Shown one piece after another: positions 1 to 9,753 of a stretch of DNA of 64,000 nt. Location: NCBI GenBank assembly GCA_021797085.1, contig JAKAAG010000002.1:3544-67543 (forward strand), given 5' to 3'. Position numbers and translations under genes: made by a program. The stretch is from Nanobdellota archaeon (GTDB lineage Archaea > Nanobdellota > Nanobdellia > Parvarchaeales > Parvarchaeaceae). Every line of letters begins with the position of its first letter. Within the stretch, counting starts at the first letter, position 1. The notes under the pieces were generated by a model. That model did not search any database. It was not told the DNA's origin and saw nothing but the letters and a program-made list of their open reading frames with translations.

Positions 1-233
1 TCAGGACAACAGGATAGTGAGCTGGAGGATAAGAGCCAGTTCATCCTCAAACTTGTCGAAAATGATAAAGGGGGCAAAGGGCGCAATAATACAGCACAGT
101 CTAGTAAGAGCAATAGGAGATATATTCATAATATCAAACATAGTGACTTCCCAGTCTGAGCCTGAAACTTCAGAGGCAGAATAAGCTTTTAAATTAAGAA
201 AAGCTTAACTTTAAGTTTTAGTAAAAAGTAATA

Positions 234-2165
234 TTGTTTATGGATAATAACTTCAGCATCTCTTTTAAGACTACAGATGATATAAAGATACCTCCAAAGA
301 TAGTAGACCAAGTTATAGGACAGGAAGCTGCTGTCGAGATAATAAAGAAAGCAGCGATACAAAGAAGAAATGTTCTCCTAGTTGGAGCGCCCGGTACTGG
401 TAAAAGTATGTTGGGGCAGGCTTTGTCACAGTTATTGCCTGCTGAAAAACTAGTAGACATACTTGCATTTCCAAATCCAAAGGATGAAAATGAGCCTACT
501 ATAAAGACAGTTCCTGCAGGCGAGGGCAAAAGAATAGTCAACCAAGCAAAAGCCAGAAACATGTCTGCATTGGGTGGTGGAAACAACATGATAGTCTTTC
601 TGGGTTTCATAGTTGCTTTTTTTATAGCCACATATGTAGTTAGCATTCTAGTCTCCGATCAAAGGAATCCAATACTTGCAGCGGCAAATCAAATCTCTGG
701 TACATTGTTCATAATAACGATGCTTATAGGTTTTCTATTTGTTCTTTTGATGTATAGGCTTGGTAGAACATCTCTAAAGGCCAATGTGCCTGCCCCTAAA
801 CTTCTGCTTGACAATTCCAGTGCAAAGTATGCACCGTTTATAGACGCAACCGGTGCAAAGGAAGGAGCATTGCTTGGAGACGTTCAGCATGATCCTTTCC
901 AATCTGGAGGTTTAGGTACGCCTGCACATGAAAGAGTAGTTCTTGGAGATATACACAAAGCCAACGGCGGAGTTCTTTTCATAGATGAAATAGCAAACCT
1001 TTCGCCGGAAACACAGATACAACTGCTTACTGCAATGCAGGAAAAGAAATTAAGCATTACCGGAAGAAGTGAAAGGAGTGCCGGGGCGATGGTAAAAACT
1101 AACCCAGTTCCATGTGATTTTATACTCGTTGGAGCGGGCAATCCAAATACACTAAGTGAGATGAGCCCGGCCTTACGTTCTAGAATAAGGGGTTACGGTT
1201 ATGAGATTTATATGAATGAGACAATGCCAGATACTATAGAAAATAGGGATAAAATAGCAAGATTCGTTGCACAGGAAATTAGCAAGGATACTAAGATACC
1301 ACCATTTTCAAGGGATGCAGTTGTCGAAATACTAAATGAAGCCAGAAGAAAATCAAACAGGAAAGAGTCTTTGACTTTGAAATTAAGGGAATTGGGCGGA
1401 GTAATAAGAGTAGCAGGCGATATTGCCGTAGAAAACAAGCATTCAATTGTAAACAGAGATGACGTATTAAAAGCAAAGAACTACGCAGGCTCATTCGAGC
1501 AGCAGATTGCTGCAAGATACATAAAAGAGAAGAAAGACTATGATGTTATACAAGTAAGTGGATCTAGAGTAGGCAGGGTAAATGGATTAGCGGTAATAGA
1601 GAATTCTGATTCAGGTTTAATGCTGCCAATTGAAGCAATAGTTACCAAAAGCATGAGAAAAGGATCCGGAGAAATAATAGCAACTGGTAAACTTGGAGAG
1701 ATAGCTCAGGAGGCAGTAAAGAACGTATCTGCGATCGTTAAGCTTTATGCAAACAAGCCTTTAACTGACTATGATATCCATATACAGTTTTTGCAGGCTT
1801 ATTCCGGCGTTGAAGGGGACAGTGCAAGCGTAAGCGTTGCAGTTAGCATATTGTCTGCGCTTACTAACATACCTATAAAGCAGTCCGTGGCAATGACCGG
1901 TTCATTGTCAATATGGGGCGAGGTTCTTCCTGTTGGGGGAGTGTCAGCAAAGGTAGAAGCCGCCATAAACGCAGGAATCAAAGAGGTTATAATCCCCGCT
2001 TCTAATGTAGATGATTTAGTTTTGTCTGATCCTAAGGTTGTAAAAATAACGCCTGCAGATTCAATAATAGACGTAATAGAACATGCGATGGTTGACAACG
2101 CTCAGAAGAAAAAGCTACTTAATACCATAAAGAAATCCCTAAAAATAAAGCATGACAAAAAGTAA
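234..2165 (+). CDS. lon: Archaeal membrane-bound Lon protease (LonB)
   Basis: 643-aa ORF. Walker A is GAPGTGKS. Two hydrophobic TM helices are inserted in the AAA+ module before Walker B (LFIDEI). The C-terminal Lon proteolytic domain has the catalytic Ser motif GDSAS. Confidence 0.93.
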   Translation: MFMDNNFSISFKTTDDIKIPPKIVDQVIGQEAAVEIIKKAAIQRRNVLLVGAPGTGKSMLGQALSQLLPAEKLVDILAFPNPKDENEPTIKTVPAGEGKRIVNQAKARNMSALGGGNNMIVFLGFIVAFFIATYVVSILVSDQRNPILAAANQISGTLFIITMLIGFLFVLLMYRLGRTSLKANVPAPKLLLDNSSAKYAPFIDATGAKEGALLGDVQHDPFQSGGLGTPAHERVVLGDIHKANGGVLFIDEIANLSPETQIQLLTAMQEKKLSITGRSERSAGAMVKTNPVPCDFILVGAGNPNTLSEMSPALRSRIRGYGYEIYMNETMPDTIENRDKIARFVAQEISKDTKIPPFSRDAVVEILNEARRKSNRKESLTLKLRELGGVIRVAGDIAVENKHSIVNRDDVLKAKNYAGSFEQQIAARYIKEKKDYDVIQVSGSRVGRVNGLAVIENSDSGLMLPIEAIVTKSMRKGSGEIIATGKLGEIAQEAVKNVSAIVKLYANKPLTDYDIHIQFLQAYSGVEGDSASVSVAVSILSALTNIPIKQSVAMTGSLSIWGEVLPVGGVSAKVEAAINAGIKEVIIPASNVDDLVLSDPKVVKITPADSIIDVIEHAMVDNAQKKKLLNTIKKSLKIKHDKK

Positions 2166-2859
2166 GGTTTTCTCGCATGTCTTTGATGAGGAAACACTAA
2201 GGAATGTAAATAAATTACAAGGAGATGGCTACATAGGCAATCTTCTCGGACCAATAGGAACCGGCAAAGAATCATACGTTTTTTACAGCAGAGACTTCCA
2301 CGATAAGTTAGTTGCAGTAAAGATACACAGACACAATATAAACTCATTCAAAAGTATCCCTTCTTACATACGTTTGAGAGGTAGGAAAAGTGGCGGTTTC
2401 ATAAAACAGATAAACGACTGGACAAAATTCGAATACAATTTTCTTTCAAAGGCCCATAACCTTGGGATAAACACTCCAGAACCTATCCGCTGCTATGAAA
2501 ACATAATAGTTATGCAGTTTGTAGGCACAGAAGACAATCCTTCTAAACCTGCTATAAAGGATAAGGATTTTGATGTAGAAAAATGGTATAACTTGATAAT
2601 AAGTTTTATAATTATTATGGCAAAAAATGGGATGATACACGGAGACTTAAGCCCATACAATATATTAAACTACAATGGGGAACCATTCATTATAGACTTT
2701 TCACAGGCATTAAAATTTTCTTCTTCAACAGTTAATTTTTTAATTAGGGATATAACTAACATAAATAACTGGTTTTTGTCGTTGAAATACCAAAAAATAA
2801 AAGAAGTAAATGATATAATTGATGAAATAGGTTACGAAGATGAAAACGAAGGAAGATAA
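2152..2859 (+). CDS. rio1: RIO-type serine kinase, Rio1-like (no N-terminal wHTH)
   Basis: Glycine loop [16 protein letters not shown] lysine, catalytic loop [10 protein letters not shown] and IDFSQA metal-binding motif. Overlaps lon by 14 nt. Confidence 0.85.
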   Translation: MTKSKVFSHVFDEETLRNVNKLQGDGYIGNLLGPIGTGKESYVFYSRDFHDKLVAVKIHRHNINSFKSIPSYIRLRGRKSGGFIKQINDWTKFEYNFLSKAHNLGINTPEPIRCYENIIVMQFVGTEDNPSKPAIKDKDFDVEKWYNLIISFIIIMAKNGMIHGDLSPYNILNYNGEPFIIDFSQALKFSSSTVNFLIRDITNINNWFLSLKYQKIKEVNDIIDEIGYEDENEGR

Positions 2860-3154
2860 GGTTTACCTTTTATTGACAAAGATACCAAGGGGAAAAGTTA
2901 CTACTTACGGTAGTTTAGCTAGAAAACTTAACATATCTCCAAGAGAAGTTGGTAAAATATTAAGCAGAAATGAACATCCTGAGAAATTTCCATGCTATAA
3001 AGTTGTAAGGTCTGATGGAAGTTTGGGAGGTTATACGATAGGAAAAAGAAATGATTCAAACACATTAAAGATTAAAAAGAAAAAATTGGTAAAGGATGGG
3101 GTAAAATTCCATAATAATAAAGTTGATCGTTCTTCTATGTTTTATAACAATTAA
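2840..3154 (+). CDS. MGMT-family DNA-binding domain protein (stand-alone C-terminal domain of O6-alkylguanine-DNA alkyltransferase)
   Basis: 104 aa. The segment IPRGKVTTYGSLA...PCYKVVRSDGSLGGY matches the HTH and PCHRV region of Ogt/MGMT, with Cys retained but His-Arg replaced by Tyr-Lys. Confidence 0.7.
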   Translation: MKTKEDKVYLLLTKIPRGKVTTYGSLARKLNISPREVGKILSRNEHPEKFPCYKVVRSDGSLGGYTIGKRNDSNTLKIKKKKLVKDGVKFHNNKVDRSSMFYNN

Positions 3155-3230
3155 ATTCATCCAATAATTTTAATTCATTTTAGTAATTTTTTCAGTTTTA
3201 TACAAATAAATAACTACAGGATAAAGAACC

Positions 3231-5006
3231 ATGATATTTATATTTATTGTTTTTTTATATAATACTATGTTATTCAGGCCATTATACAATGAGAAAAAAG
3301 AAGAGAAAAGAATAGATTCTAATATAGATCCGCAATTAAATAAAAGCTTGCTTATTTTAGCAAAAGGCAGGCGTTCCCAGTCAGCTCTAGAATACATGAT
3401 GACTTATGGCTGGGCTATTCTGATAATAGTTATAGTTGCAGTAATCCTATATTCAATGGGCATTTTTAATCCAAGTTCAAGTGTTACTTTTACAAGCACT
3501 GGCTTTTCACCTTTCAAAATTTCTTCTTCTTTATGCACTCCTCTGGGAATAGATTTCTCAATAATAGCCGGACCTATACCAAATGGGGCATCCTCTCTAA
3601 ATATAAATAAGTTATTTATAACTTCAGCAACAGGAACTAATACTAGTTCAGTAGAGTATTTACTTCCGTATACAATAAGTCTAACCTCGGGCAAATCAGC
3701 AACTATACTAATTCCTTCCATTTCTTGTACTTCAGTAGGTACTAAATACTCCTTATCAACAAACCTTGAATACAGTTATTCAACTACTGCTGGCAATGTC
3801 ATTACAAATGCTACTGGTACAATAGCGGGGACGGCATCGAGTCCGATACCAACAACATTTTCTGCGTTTGGATTACCTTCTGGTTCAGCTTTTACTGTAA
3901 ATTATGGAGGGGTAAATAAAACCAGTGTTGCTTCCTCTAATATTTCATTTGAATCGATGCAAAGCAATGTGTTTAAATTGTATCCAGTTGTATACGGCGG
4001 TGTAACATATTACCCAATTTATTCATCTGGTTCAAATCTACCAGTAGACTATAATTTAGAAGTAGACTTTATATCAAACTCAACGCCATTCTATATTGCA
4101 GATCAAGGAGCGGAAAATGCCACTGTTTTTTATCCTTATAATTTCTCATTAGGTAGGAACATAACATTAACTAGCAGTGATTATGGAAGCAGCGGAGTTT
4201 CTTTGATGCCGAATGGAGAGTACGCTTATGTTGTAGAAGATAATGGAATTAATAAGACTGCAGTTATATCTACATCAACTAATCAAATAGTTAAAAATAT
4301 AAGTATGCCAGAACCCTGCGCTATAACAATTACTCCTAATGGAGAGTATGCATATGTATCTAGCTGTAGAAATACAAATACAGTTGAAGTAATATCTACA
4401 TCCACTAATCAAATCATTAAAACAATTACGGTTGGAGATAATCCAATAGGCATTGCTGTTACACCCAATGGTAATTATGTTTATGTAGCTGATCAAGGAA
4501 GCAATAAAACATCAGTTATATCAACAAGTACAAATACCATAATAAAAAATATAAGTGGATTTTATTATCCAACAGGAATAGCAATTGCTCCCAATGGCTT
4601 AGTTTATGTCTCAAATTCTGGAAATGGGAGTGTAAGCATAATAAACAGTTTAAATAATAAATTAATCGGAAATATAGCCACTCCTTACAGTTCATCGCCC
4701 AGAGGTCTTGCCATAACTCGCAATGGCAAATACCTATATGTAACAAATGGCAATACTAAAGGAGTATCGGTTGTTTCGTTGTCAACAAACTCCGTTGTAG
4801 CTACTATCCCAATCCCCTATACTAAGCAATTTGCATTTAGTCCTAACGGTAAATATCTGTTTTCTACTACTCCTTATGCTTATCCCTACCAAATGGAAGT
4901 TATATACCTTATAAATAATAGTTATAAAAATATTACTGCAGGTAAAGGCTATTATAATATCTGCCCCATCAATAATGCCCCGACTGGGAATGGGGCAGAA
5001 TGTTAA
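3231..5006 (+). CDS. Class III (prepilin-type) signal-peptide surface protein with a Ser/Thr-rich stalk, a GLPSG-type domain and a C-terminal YVTN beta-propeller
   Basis: Motif KGRRSQ/SALEYMMTYGWAILIIVIVAVIL. The likely true start is the in-frame TTG at 3348, which gives a 10-aa leader. About six repeats of roughly 40 aa follow the pattern P-N-G-x-Y-x-Y-V ... V-I-S-T-S-T-N-x-I. N-x-S/T sequons are abundant. Confidence 0.75.
   Translation: MIFIFIVFLYNTMLFRPLYNEKKEEKRIDSNIDPQLNKSLLILAKGRRSQSALEYMMTYGWAILIIVIVAVILYSMGIFNPSSSVTFTSTGFSPFKISSSLCTPLGIDFSIIAGPIPNGASSLNINKLFITSATGTNTSSVEYLLPYTISLTSGKSATILIPSISCTSVGTKYSLSTNLEYSYSTTAGNVITNATGTIAGTASSPIPTTFSAFGLPSGSAFTVNYGGVNKTSVASSNISFESMQSNVFKLYPVVYGGVTYYPIYSSGSNLPVDYNLEVDFISNSTPFYIADQGAENATVFYPYNFSLGRNITLTSSDYGSSGVSLMPNGEYAYVVEDNGINKTAVISTSTNQIVKNISMPEPCAITITPNGEYAYVSSCRNTNTVEVISTSTNQIIKTITVGDNPIGIAVTPNGNYVYVADQGSNKTSVISTSTNTIIKNISGFYYPTGIAIAPNGLVYVSNSGNGSVSIINSLNNKLIGNIATPYSSSPRGLAITRNGKYLYVTNGNTKGVSVVSLSTNSVVATIPIPYTKQFAFSPNGKYLFSTTPYAYPYQMEVIYLINNSYKNITAGKGYYNICPINNAPTGNGAEC
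4083..4926 (+). repeat. In-frame tandem coding repeats (YVTN beta-propeller blades) with recognisable DNA-level similarity
   Basis: Repeated strings such as atatctacatcaactaatcaaata / atatctacatccactaatcaaatc / atatcaacaagtacaaataccata recur at about 120-nt spacing inside the CDS. Confidence 0.7.
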
Positions 5007-5011
5007 ATAAT

Positions 5012-5095
5012 CGCTGGGTGCAGGATTCGAACCTACGCAGGGAAAATCCCAACTGGCTCTCAAGGCCAGCGCTTTAACCGCTCAGCCAACCCAGC
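5012..5095 (-). tRNA. tRNA-Ser (anticodon UGA), class II, no intron
   Basis: The reverse complement reads GCTGGGT-TG-GCTGAGCGGTTAAAGC-...CTGGC CTTGAGA GCCAG...long variable arm...GTAGGTTCGAATCCTGC-ACCCAGC-G. The cloverleaf folds by eye. Confidence 0.9.
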
Positions 5096-5156
5096 ATTAA
5101 TTTAACTATAAATTCATTGTTAAATATAAGTATGTTTATTTTAAATTATAGCTGTT

Positions 5157-5981
5157 ATGGCAATAAAAGTAAATGATTTTTCACTGGATAGAACTCTTAA
5201 TTCCGGGCAGTTGTTTACTTTTTTTAAGGAAGATAACAGATGGTACTCATTTGTTGATAAACCTCTAGAGATAAGGCAGGATGGCAATGAATTAGTATAC
5301 TCCGGTTTAGATGAAAGTAATGTAAAGGAGCTTTTAGGACTTAATGACCCCATAAATGAGATAAAGGCAGAAGTGGATAAAGATGACTTCATAGACAAAG
5401 CTATAAGGTACTCTGGTTCTTTGCGTGTGGTAAAGAGTGGTATATGGCCAGCAACTTTGGGTTTTATTCTTTCAATACAATCGAATATCAATCTAATTTT
5501 AAGAAGGATAAAGGCAATGTCTAATTATTATGGGGCAGAAGGGGAAATAAACGGCAAAATATTAAAAAGTTTTCCATCCTTTGAAAAGATATACGAAAAA
5601 GGATACGATGACCTAAAACAGTTTAACCTTGGATTCAGAACTAAATTCGTATTTTCAGCGGCAGAGTATTTCTATAAGAATGAGATAGACGAAAGTTTCA
5701 CAGAAGAGGAAATCAGGAAAAATTTAATCAATATAAACGGTATAGGGGAGAAGGTACTGGACTGCATACTCCTTTATGGTATGCACAATCTTTCCGCCTT
5801 CCCAATGGACGTATGGATTTTGCGTACATTGTCGCTTTATTACAGCAATATACTTGGAAAAGCAAAGAGCTATAAAGATAAAAGAAGGGCGATGGTTGAT
5901 TATTTTGGAAGATACGGGGGATACGCCCAGCTGTTTATATATGACTATTCAAGATTGAATACAATAAGATCTAAAATTTGA
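5157..5981 (+). CDS. ogg: 8-oxoguanine DNA glycosylase/AP lyase (Ogg1-type HhH-GPD)
   Basis: N-terminal TLNSGQLFTF motif. The HhH-GPD region is INGIGEKVLDCILLYG...AFPMDVWI, with the catalytic Lys and Asp in place. Confidence 0.8.
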   Translation: MAIKVNDFSLDRTLNSGQLFTFFKEDNRWYSFVDKPLEIRQDGNELVYSGLDESNVKELLGLNDPINEIKAEVDKDDFIDKAIRYSGSLRVVKSGIWPATLGFILSIQSNINLILRRIKAMSNYYGAEGEINGKILKSFPSFEKIYEKGYDDLKQFNLGFRTKFVFSAAEYFYKNEIDESFTEEEIRKNLININGIGEKVLDCILLYGMHNLSAFPMDVWILRTLSLYYSNILGKAKSYKDKRRAMVDYFGRYGGYAQLFIYDYSRLNTIRSKI

Positions 5982-7071
5982 CCGTTTTTAGCTCCTTTAA
6001 GCTGTCTTTTATTATCCTATCCATCCCTATATCGCTTTCCAATTTTTTAATTATCTCTGGATTTGATTTTGTGGCAGGATTGTTTGATACTATCGAGCAG
6101 CAGTCCTTGTATTCCTCTATAGAAATGTCATAGAATCCATATCTTATGGATTTCTCTATTATCTCCCCTTTGTTATAACCTATAAACGGCCTGAAAACCG
6201 GCAATTGAATACCAAAGCTTATGGCATTTATATTCTCTATGGTTTGAGATGCAACTTGAGACAATGCATCCCCTGTTATTATGGCCATATATCCTTTTTC
6301 CCTGCTTATTTCGTCCGCTAATCTCAACAAGAATCGTTTGAAAAGTACAAGTTCATACCGTTTATCTATTTTTAATGCAGCAACGCTAAAATAATGAAAT
6401 GGCACAAGGTAAAGTGTCAAACCTGATTCTATCTCGCCCAATTTCTCCGCCACAGTTTTTATTTTGCTTTGGAGAGCAAAATCCGGAGAGTTCAACGCAT
6501 AAACATGCAATAAGTCAACCTTTGCGCCCCTTTTCATCATTTCCAATGGCGCTATAGCCGAATCTATCCCTCCAGAGAACAACGATAGCAGCTTTCCTGA
6601 ACTGCCTATTGGCAAGCCCCCCATGCCACGTTCTATGCCGTAATTTACTATGAACGAATCACTCATTATCTCTATTCTTATTTTTTTGCCGTTCTTGTCA
6701 AACCTTAACTTTAAATTTTTTGCAAGTTCTTCCTTTAATTTTAAAGATGTTTTCTCATATCTTTTGTCAACTCTTTTAACGTCAATGTTTAGATTCTTGT
6801 TTTCTCCTATTATTTTATCTATTAATTCGAGCAATTCTTTTTCATCCCTGTCAATTCTGTAAGCTTCACTGATCCATGCTACACCCGGCGTTAATTTCAA
6901 CTTTTTTATGTCTTCTAAGCTGTAATCCTCCAAAACAAGCCTGCTTTCAACTGCTTTGACGGGTTTGTTTATCTTTTCCTTTATATTTTTTATGAGAAGG
7001 GCTTGAAAATATCCTCTTTGTTTTCCTTTCAATGCTATTTCATCATAGTGAATAGATAGTATTTTTTTCAT
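5971..7071 (-). CDS. thiI: tRNA 4-thiouridine synthase ThiI (THUMP + PP-loop, no rhodanese domain)
   Basis: PP-loop SGGIDS with N-terminal ferredoxin-like/THUMP region. The start at 7071 forms an ATGA overlap with the archease stop. The longest ORF extends to 7092. Confidence 0.88.
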   Translation of the reverse strand: MKKILSIHYDEIALKGKQRGYFQALLIKNIKEKINKPVKAVESRLVLEDYSLEDIKKLKLTPGVAWISEAYRIDRDEKELLELIDKIIGENKNLNIDVKRVDKRYEKTSLKLKEELAKNLKLRFDKNGKKIRIEIMSDSFIVNYGIERGMGGLPIGSSGKLLSLFSGGIDSAIAPLEMMKRGAKVDLLHVYALNSPDFALQSKIKTVAEKLGEIESGLTLYLVPFHYFSVAALKIDKRYELVLFKRFLLRLADEISREKGYMAIITGDALSQVASQTIENINAISFGIQLPVFRPFIGYNKGEIIEKSIRYGFYDISIEEYKDCCSIVSNNPATKSNPEIIKKLESDIGMDRIIKDSLKELKTVKF

Positions 7072-7490
7072 ACATCTAAGACTATCTTGCATCTAATTAA
7101 TCCTTTTTCCTTTTTTACGACAAGATCATGCAAAGTTGCTGCTTTTACATCTGCTAAGAAATTGTTTTTCAGTCCTTCCAACTCTTCTGCAGTGGCATTG
7201 CACTTTAGGTTTAGTTTTTTGTCTATTTCCACTTCAGCATCGGTAATAAGTATATTTTTGTAATCTTTATAGAATATTATCTTGTTTATGAAGTCCACTA
7301 CAAGGTAATCAAGATTTTCTGAATGAAGATTAAAGTGTATTTTTTTGCTCCCCTCTCTTTTAACATTCAAAACCATTACATTTGACACAGCTATTGCTAT
7401 GTTCCTAAAGAGTTCATTGAGCGTTTTACCGTATGCTATAAATGCTATGTCTGCTGTTGCTTCATTTTTAAGCAGTCTGTACCTTTCCAT
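7068..7490 (-). CDS. Archease (RtcB activator)
   Basis: 140 aa with N-terminal ADIAFIAYGKTLNELF and C-terminal VKAATLHDL motifs typical of archease. Its start overlaps the rtcB stop (TAATG). Confidence 0.85.
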   Translation of the reverse strand: MERYRLLKNEATADIAFIAYGKTLNELFRNIAIAVSNVMVLNVKREGSKKIHFNLHSENLDYLVVDFINKIIFYKDYKNILITDAEVEIDKKLNLKCNATAEELEGLKNNFLADVKAATLHDLVVKKEKGLIRCKIVLDV

Positions 7491-8959
7491 TATCCTTTGA
7501 TGTTTCCTATTGGCCTTAAGCTGAGAACTTTCAGGCTTATCCCAGCTTTATCCATTGAATCCACAACTTCGTTTATGTCTTTGTAAGCCGATCCTCCTTC
7601 CTCGGTTAAGCCAGCAATGCTATTTGCTTTTACATATATCTCCTTTGCCTTCATGCTTTCCAGTAGTTTCTTGGAGTTTATAGCGCTTCTTGCTGCCACT
7701 CTGCTCATTGTCCTTCCACTTCCATGTAGGGTAGTACCAAAGCTTTCTTCTTCTGCCTTTTTTGTTCCAATGCAGAGGTAAGAGCCAGTTTCCATGCTTC
7801 CACCTACTATTACCGGCTGGCCTATCCTCTTTAGTACCCCTTTCAGTTCCTTGTTTCCCGGGCCAAAGCTTCTTGTTGCCCCTTTTCTGTGTACTATCAC
7901 ATTCATTTTTTTGTTTTCAACTGTATATTCTTCTATCTTTGCAGTATTGTGTGAAACATCATAAACAACCTCTAAACCAAGGTCTCTTTCGCTTCGTTTA
8001 AATATGCTCTTGAATGCTTCTCTTATCTGGTAATTTATTATCTGTCTGTTAACAAAAGCAAAGTTTATTCCGCAGGACATTGCTTTGAAGTAATCCTGCC
8101 CCTCTTCAGAATTAAAGGGAGCATAAGCCAACTGCCTGTCATTTAGATTTATTCCGTTTTTAGATGAGTACTCTAGAAACTTTTTGATGTAATCACTAGC
8201 TATCTGGTGGCCGAAACCCCTTGAACCAGTATGGAACATGACAACTACTTGTTCTTTCATTACATCTAAATCCAGCGAATTAGCTATCTCTTTGTTAAAG
8301 TCTTTGTTTACTACTTGGATTTCAAGATAGTGGTTTCCAGATCCAAGTGTTCCCAGCTGTTGTTTTCCCCTTTTAAATGCTTCTTCGCTTACCTTCGAGA
8401 AATCTGCAGATTCTACTTTACCCCGTTCCTCAATTCTTTCCTTGTCTTTTTTTGTAGCATACCCTTTTCTCATGGCCCAGTCTATGCCTTCTTCAGCTAT
8501 CTCCTTTAAATCAGATTTGGTCAATGCCTTTAAGTCTGTAAGCATCTGCGGTGAATTTGAGCCTACCCCAGCAGGCACCATTTTAAATAACGTATCTACT
8601 AATTCCTTTATCTTGGGTTTAACTTCCTTTAAAGTTAGGTTTGTTTTTATCAGGCGCATGCCACAATTTATGTCGAAGCCTATGGCCCCTGGGGAGATTA
8701 TCCCCTCGTTTAGATCAAATGCCCCCGCCCAGCCAACTGGCACGCCATATCCTATATGAGCATCACTGAATAAGTAGGAATATTTTAGTATTCCGGGCAA
8801 AGAAGCCGCATTTCCTGCCTGTTTAAAAACCTCATCTTCCATCTTTTTCAGGAGGTTTTCATTTGCGTATAGTTTTATGGGAACATTACCCACTTTTTTG
8901 GATTCCCAAGCATTCTTATCAACTTCTTTTAATGAATTTCTTATCTCTTGTACTTCCAT
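7490..8959 (-). CDS. rtcB: RNA-splicing ligase RtcB (3'-phosphate/5'-OH tRNA ligase), no intein
   Basis: 489 aa. Conserved blocks are DAHIGYG, GFDINCGMR, GSGNHYLEIQ, HTGSRGFGHQ and HGSGR. Confidence 0.95.
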   Translation of the reverse strand: MEVQEIRNSLKEVDKNAWESKKVGNVPIKLYANENLLKKMEDEVFKQAGNAASLPGILKYSYLFSDAHIGYGVPVGWAGAFDLNEGIISPGAIGFDINCGMRLIKTNLTLKEVKPKIKELVDTLFKMVPAGVGSNSPQMLTDLKALTKSDLKEIAEEGIDWAMRKGYATKKDKERIEERGKVESADFSKVSEEAFKRGKQQLGTLGSGNHYLEIQVVNKDFNKEIANSLDLDVMKEQVVVMFHTGSRGFGHQIASDYIKKFLEYSSKNGINLNDRQLAYAPFNSEEGQDYFKAMSCGINFAFVNRQIINYQIREAFKSIFKRSERDLGLEVVYDVSHNTAKIEEYTVENKKMNVIVHRKGATRSFGPGNKELKGVLKRIGQPVIVGGSMETGSYLCIGTKKAEEESFGTTLHGSGRTMSRVAARSAINSKKLLESMKAKEIYVKANSIAGLTEEGGSAYKDINEVVDSMDKAGISLKVLSLRPIGNIKG

Positions 8960-8988
8960 TCATCTTAATGAATTTTATTGGATAAATA

Positions 8989-9753
8989 TTAGCCATTGCT
9001 CATGTTGTTGTATCCTTTTATTACGTGCATATTGTCATTTTCCTTTTTCATCCTGTTTATCTTTTCCAGTAACTCTGTTTTGTCCATTTTTTTGCTGCAT
9101 AAAATTATCGTGTTTCCTGAACCTAGGGGATTGTTAACAAGATATACTTTAAAGTGTTTTTTGAGCTTTCCGACATAGTTTTGGAAGAAAACTATAGCCT
9201 TGAAGCTCATTGCATAGTTTACTGCCAGCACTCCATCTGCTGTAAGAACATCATTTATGTATGAAATTGTTTTTTCGTCAAGAAAGCCATCCGGTATTTT
9301 ATCTCCGTCATAAGCATCTAAAAACACCAATTCGTATTTTTTCTTGCTTCTTTTTAGGAACTCTACCCCATCATCTACAAATAAGTTTATTTTCTTTATG
9401 TCTTCAGGTATAAATTCCTTTGCTAGCTTAACCATTTTTTCATCTATTTCAACCACATCCATGCTTATTTTTCTGCCGTATAGCTTATTTATCTGGTAAA
9501 CAATTGTTCCGCCGCCCAAACCTATCATAAGTATATTTGGTTTATCATAGAGTAAAGGCAAGGGTGTGAAGTAGTCCCAGTAGGAACCTGTAAATATCCC
9601 TTTCTCAGCCCTTCTTGAATAGGTTATCCCGTTGAATTTCACGCTTATGCCCTCAGGGCCTTCTGTCAATGTCAAAACCTTGTTATCATCTTTTTCTGTT
9701 TTTATTATTCTTTCGCCTTTGATCTTTTCAATTACTTTATTTATTATGTTCAT
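8989..9753 (-). CDS. Spermidine synthase-like class I SAM-dependent transferase
   Basis: Rossmann motif MIGLGGGT, acidic loop VVEID and the FLDAYDGDKIP block resembling polyamine aminopropyltransferases. Confidence 0.6.
   Translation of the reverse strand: MNIINKVIEKIKGERIIKTEKDDNKVLTLTEGPEGISVKFNGITYSRRAEKGIFTGSYWDYFTPLPLLYDKPNILMIGLGGGTIVYQINKLYGRKISMDVVEIDEKMVKLAKEFIPEDIKKINLFVDDGVEFLKRSKKKYELVFLDAYDGDKIPDGFLDEKTISYINDVLTADGVLAVNYAMSFKAIVFFQNYVGKLKKHFKVYLVNNPLGSGNTIILCSKKMDKTELLEKINRMKKENDNMHVIKGYNNMSNG

Noticed and set aside
1-141. 46-codon minus-strand ORF (MFDIMNISPIALTRLCCIIAPFAPFIIFDKFEDELALILQLTILLS) whose stop codon sits exactly at the window edge
   Set aside because: It is a short hydrophobic ORF with no motif or recognisable ribosome-binding site. 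It could be a real small membrane peptide, but the sequence alone does not support calling it.
218-646. 142-aa minus-strand ORF
   Set aside because: It is antisense to the N-terminal AAA+ module of LonB (Walker A is on the plus strand). Shadow ORF.
4083-4926. Periodic ~120-nt repeats that might at first look like a repeat array or CRISPR
   Set aside because: The repeats are in frame within one long ORF, diverge at the DNA level, and translate to YVTN propeller blades. There are no identical short repeats with unique spacers.
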